A stretch of DNA of 64,000 bases from an uncultured Myxococcales bacterium (GTDB lineage Bacteria > Myxococcota_A > Polyangia > JAAYKL01), in assembly GCA_964530995.1 (NCBI GenBank), contig CAZHCG010000003.1, positions 915-64,914 on the forward strand, written 5' to 3'. The notes beneath the pieces were generated by a model, which worked only from the letters and a program-made list of their open reading frames with translations, was not told the origin of the DNA and made no database searches. The position numbers were made by a program, and so were the translations under genes. The number at the start of each line of letters is the position of its first letter. Position 1 is the stretch's first letter. Shown one piece after another: positions 63,135 to 64,000 of the stretch.

Positions 63135-63953
63135 ATGAAAAGCTCCAAGTGGCTCGTTGTCGCTCTCGTCGTGCTGCTGGCGGTCTCGATCGCCCTGGCC
63201 GGCTGGGTCGCCTCGCTCGGCTCCCGGCTGGAGAAGGCCGGATCGCGGCTGGAGCACCTCGAGGCGCGGATCGCCGACCTCTCCCATCCCGACGGCGCGG
63301 CCCGCTCCGCCGCCGAGCGGGTCTTTGAGCTGTCCGAACGGCTGGACGCGATGCAGCAGAGCCGCGCCGAGCTGATCGATCGGATCGACGCGGTGCTGCT
63401 CAAGATGCGCGCCAACAGCAAGCGGCTGGACGCGATCGAGGCCGGCGACCTGGAGGACCTGGGCATCGAGGATCTGGTCGACCGCAAGCTGATCGAGACC
63501 GTGCAGCGCGCCAGGATGGGTAAGAACAAGGGAAAGCGGCCGCCCGTTGAGCAGCTCGCGCAATACCTCGAGCTGACTCCGGCCCAGCAGCAGCGGATCC
63601 GGGATTTGATCGACGGCGCCAAGGACGACCTGCTGGAGCTGATGCGCGCCGAGCGGCGCGACGGCGGCACGCTGGGGAGCGATCTGGCTGAAGTGATGCG
63701 CACCAAGGCCGGCCCCGAGGCCAAGCGCAAGGCGGTCATGTCCGAGCTGTTCGGCAAGTCTCCGCCGGGCACCAACGAGAGCTACTTCACCAGAATCATG
63801 GACATGCGCGCCGAGTCGCTCGACGAATTCTACGAGGCATTGGACGACTCCCAGTACGAGAAGTTCCGCTCTTTGGGGATCGACCCGTTCGCCGTGCAGA
63901 CCGGGTACTCCCCGTTCCGCGATCTGGCCAAAGGCGCGGCCGAAGAGCGATGA
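63135..63953 (+). CDS. Membrane-anchored periplasmic coiled-coil protein with an LTxxQ (Spy/CpxP-like) motif, hypothetical.
   Basis: N-terminal TM KWLVVALVVLLAVSIALAGWV. LELTPAQQQRIRDLI. Predicted long helices. Confidence 0.45.
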   Translation: MKSSKWLVVALVVLLAVSIALAGWVASLGSRLEKAGSRLEHLEARIADLSHPDGAARSAAERVFELSERLDAMQQSRAELIDRIDAVLLKMRANSKRLDAIEAGDLEDLGIEDLVDRKLIETVQRARMGKNKGKRPPVEQLAQYLELTPAQQQRIRDLIDGAKDDLLELMRAERRDGGTLGSDLAEVMRTKAGPEAKRKAVMSELFGKSPPGTNESYFTRIMDMRAESLDEFYEALDDSQYEKFRSLGIDPFAVQTGYSPFRDLAKGAAEER

Positions 63954-64000
63954 TCCGCCAACCGGCACCACGCTCGGTGGGGCTCGGCGTCGCGCTCGTC

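Noticed and set aside
1-64000. CRISPR arrays, rRNA genes, integrases/transposases and prophage structural genes.
   Set aside because: No regularly spaced direct repeats, no rRNA-like conserved blocks and no DDE/tyrosine-recombinase motifs were found on either strand. The only repeats are the 55-bp intragenic duplication (17621-17792) and the Asp-codon triplet tract (about 58345-58440).

Overview
This is a high-GC (about 68-70%) bacterial chromosomal window of mostly housekeeping genes; the composition and gene content suggest Myxococcota or a similar high-GC Gram-negative, but that is an inference. Identified by motif: partial dnaK and dnaJ; an HMG-CoA-synthase-like gene; tRNA-Glu and tRNA-Lys; tgt and queA; rsmD and coaD; miaA and mutL; a complete his operon (hisG, hisC-HAD fusion, hisB, hisH, hisF, hisA-hisIE fusion, hisD); a glutaconate-CoA-transferase-like A/B pair; rnc; a vapBC-type toxin-antitoxin pair; an ECF sigma/anti-sigma pair; tlyA; and several lipoprotein and transporter genes. 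Four stretches depart from the ordinary. (1) A tightly overlapping operon of a BtuB-like TonB-dependent receptor, a small ECF S-component-like membrane protein, a SAM methyltransferase, EcfT and EcfA (7033-11587) ends head-to-head with tgt-queA. (2) Immediately upstream of queA-tgt and co-directional sit a zinc-ribbon Ser/Thr kinase with PPC-like ectodomains and a second zinc-ribbon membrane protein. (3) The his operon carries two unusual fusions (HisC+HAD phosphatase, HisA+HisI+HisE) and an apparent His-codon leader peptide with terminator upstream of hisG. (4) A roughly 2.8 kb lower-GC islet (40260-43100) holds about 600 nt without a convincing ORF, an apparently frameshifted small ORF, an acidic hypothetical protein and an MBL-fold (HWHDDH) metallohydrolase. 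No CRISPR array, rRNA, integrase or transposase was seen. Many long antisense ORFs in the six-frame track are high-GC artefacts. Coordinates for tRNAs and short motifs were counted by hand and may be off by 1-2 nt.
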